Shown: positions 62,052-64,000 of the stretch, piece after piece | Layout of the letters: every line of letters begins with the position of its first letter | Position numbering within the stretch: position 1 is the first letter of the stretch | NCBI GenBank assembly: GCA_963700285.1 | Contig: CAVOXA010000010.1 | Span: forward strand, 1,504,001-1,568,000 | DNA from: an uncultured Chloroflexia bacterium | GTDB taxonomy: Bacteria > Chloroflexota > Anaerolineae > JAAYZQ01 | Reading direction: 5' to 3' | Length of the DNA: 64,000 nucleotides | Position numbers and translations under genes: made by a program | The notes under the pieces: model-generated | What the model was told of the DNA's origin: nothing | Databases searched by the model: none | What the model saw: the letters and a program-made list of their open reading frames with translations, nothing else

Positions 62052-63905
62052 ATGAGTGACGAACCGAAAGCCAAGAATGATACACAGAGTGCATTGACGG
62101 TAGAACGGGCAGCCTGGATCGTTGTAGGCTTGCTAGCAGCGGGCTTGCGCTTGTTCCAACTGGGCCTGCGCCCATTAGGCGAGGGGGAGGCCGCGCAGGC
62201 ACTGGCGGCCTATCGCTTTACCCAGGGCGCAGAACAGATAGCACCGGCCGGCGCCATCCCGGCGCTGTTCACGGCCAACGTCATCGGGTTCTCTCTGATG
62301 GGCGCCAGTGACATGGTCGTCCGCCTGCTACCCGTATTGGCCGGCTTGATCCTTGTCCTCCTACCTTATGGGGTGCGCCATCGCCTGGGGCGGGGAGGAG
62401 CACTGGCGGCGGCACTGCTACTGGCTTTTTCGCCGTCGGCCGTCTACTTTTCGCGGAGCCTGGACAGCGCCATTGTGGTTGCTGCCTGTGGCCTGGCATT
62501 GGTCGTGGGATTGATCAACTACCTTGACACCCGCCGGCCGGCTTTCCTCTATGCCGCGGCAGTCGCCCTGGGGGTGGGGCTGTGCGCTGGCCCCGGTACA
62601 TTTACCCTGCTTCTGATCTTTGCTCTCTTTGGGCTGGCACTCTATCTTGGTGCCAGATTCCTGGGCCGGACGAGCGGCTGGTCTTCGTTGGTCGCAGCCT
62701 GGTCGGACCTGCATGGCGGCAAGGGGTTGCTGTCCAAGACGGCCATCGTACTGGCCGCAGCCTTGGGTCTGACAGCGACAACCCTTGTCCTGCACCCGGC
62801 CGGCATTGGCAACGCCGCGGACCTATTGGCTACCTGGGCTCGGGGCTTTCTGCCGGAGCCGGGCGGCCAGCCCTTCATCTACCCGCTGTTGCTTCTGCTG
62901 CGCTATGAACCGCTCATCCTGCTACTGGGTTTGGTCGAGGCAGGCTGGGTCATGCTGCGCAGCCGGGCCGATCCTTGGTGGTCCGCCCAGCCCAGATCAA
63001 CTTTCCCTAACACGGCTTTCCTCACCTTCTGGGTGATAGCGGCATGCCTCATCATTCTGCTGGCCGGCCACAGACCCGCTGGCAACGTCCTGCTGGTGGT
63101 GGTTCCCGTGGCCTTGCTGGCCGGACAGGGAATCGAACGCGCCTGGCGGTGGGTGAGCAGGCGTGAACTCTGGCCATCAACCGCCCTGTTTGCAGCAGTG
63201 GCCCTCGGCGTGCTGGCTTTCTTTTACCTGCAGTTGGGCTTTTACAGTCACGCCAGTCCCACCAGTGCGATGCGCATCGCAGACCTCACGCTCTATACCA
63301 TGTCCACCCACCTGATCTTGGTTTCTGTATCGCTGCTGCTGTTGATCGCCCTGGGCGCCATTGTCTGGATCTGGCGCGGCCCGGAAATCGTGGTTGCCGG
63401 TGGTTGGGTGACCATCCTGGTGGCCCTGGGACTGCTCGGGTTCCAAGCCATGTGGGGGCTGAACTTTGCCCATGCCAGCGATCCCCGCGAGTTGATGATC
63501 TCAGAAACCACAGCCCCGGAGATACGGGATATGGTCGTCCAGATGGAGGCTCTCTCACGAGAAAAAGCCGGGGATACCCACACACTGCCGATTACGACGG
63601 ATGCAGCCACGGGGCCGGTGGTTGCCTGGTATCTACGGGCATTCAGGGACCAGACGGTAGTGGAGGGTCTGTCCGATCCACCCAGCACGCTGGCCGCTGT
63701 AACCCTGGTCATGGAAGATCCTCCCATTGGCGAGACGTTCCGGGGTCAGGGCTTTCCCTTGCGGACCCAATGGCTCTTCCCCCAACTGCAGCAGGGAGCA
63801 TGGGCCCAGTGGGGTCAGGAGCTGGCCGGTTGGCTACTGTTCACAACGGGAGATCAACCCACTACAGATCAAGAGGTGGTGCTCTGGGTAAGAAGTGACC
63901 CGTAA
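62052..63905 (+). CDS. GT-C/PMT-like membrane protein (TIGR03663-like)
   Basis: LRLFQLGLRPL..EA, VRLLP, FSPSAVYFSR, WYLR; multiple TM helices. Confidence 0.75.
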   Translation: MSDEPKAKNDTQSALTVERAAWIVVGLLAAGLRLFQLGLRPLGEGEAAQALAAYRFTQGAEQIAPAGAIPALFTANVIGFSLMGASDMVVRLLPVLAGLILVLLPYGVRHRLGRGGALAAALLLAFSPSAVYFSRSLDSAIVVAACGLALVVGLINYLDTRRPAFLYAAAVALGVGLCAGPGTFTLLLIFALFGLALYLGARFLGRTSGWSSLVAAWSDLHGGKGLLSKTAIVLAAALGLTATTLVLHPAGIGNAADLLATWARGFLPEPGGQPFIYPLLLLLRYEPLILLLGLVEAGWVMLRSRADPWWSAQPRSTFPNTAFLTFWVIAACLIILLAGHRPAGNVLLVVVPVALLAGQGIERAWRWVSRRELWPSTALFAAVALGVLAFFYLQLGFYSHASPTSAMRIADLTLYTMSTHLILVSVSLLLLIALGAIVWIWRGPEIVVAGGWVTILVALGLLGFQAMWGLNFAHASDPRELMISETTAPEIRDMVVQMEALSREKAGDTHTLPITTDAATGPVVAWYLRAFRDQTVVEGLSDPPSTLAAVTLVMEDPPIGETFRGQGFPLRTQWLFPQLQQGAWAQWGQELAGWLLFTTGDQPTTDQEVVLWVRSDP

Positions 63906-64000
63906 CTCGGCATTCAGGATTCATCGGCCAGGGTACAGGACTCGTTAGCAGGACTTTTTCATCCGTCGACATTCGTCACAAGAGGTTATCAGGTATGGAA

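Noticed and set aside
1-64000. CRISPR array, cas genes, prophage, rRNA
   Set aside because: No regularly spaced repeats with unique spacers and no recognisable cas, phage or rRNA sequence.

Overview
GC-rich bacterial DNA, most likely Chloroflexota/Anaerolineae (DUF2298 'YYY' GT-C proteins, FLPLV motif, Pro/Thr-rich lipoproteins). Many single-base frameshifts cluster at 16.2-20.8, 27.7-32.9 and 45.9-48.3 kb and are probably long-read consensus errors. Contents in order: a sugar-phosphate-utilisation-type bacterial microcompartment locus (rpiB, deoC, BMC-T, BMC-H, BMC-P, aldehyde dehydrogenase); an SPT-like PLP enzyme; a GTDC1/DUF3524 glycosyltransferase; a phnDCE transporter; an IS-remnant-flanked SBBP surface protein; a 13-kb ABC operon; hsp20; a small membrane gene with a LexA box; an APC-USP permease; a candidate 6S-like ncRNA; a GH18-like/GH-A fusion; tRNA-Val(TAC); and a GT-C glycosylation cluster with ECF sigma, ugd, a putative anti-sigma and several palindromic elements. 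The most striking item is the ABC operon. One ~1070-aa lipoprotein appears to fuse three different classes of solute-binding domain, the operon carries a matching membrane module for each class, and one permease is fused to a WD40 propeller. All family assignments come from motif recognition, not database searches.
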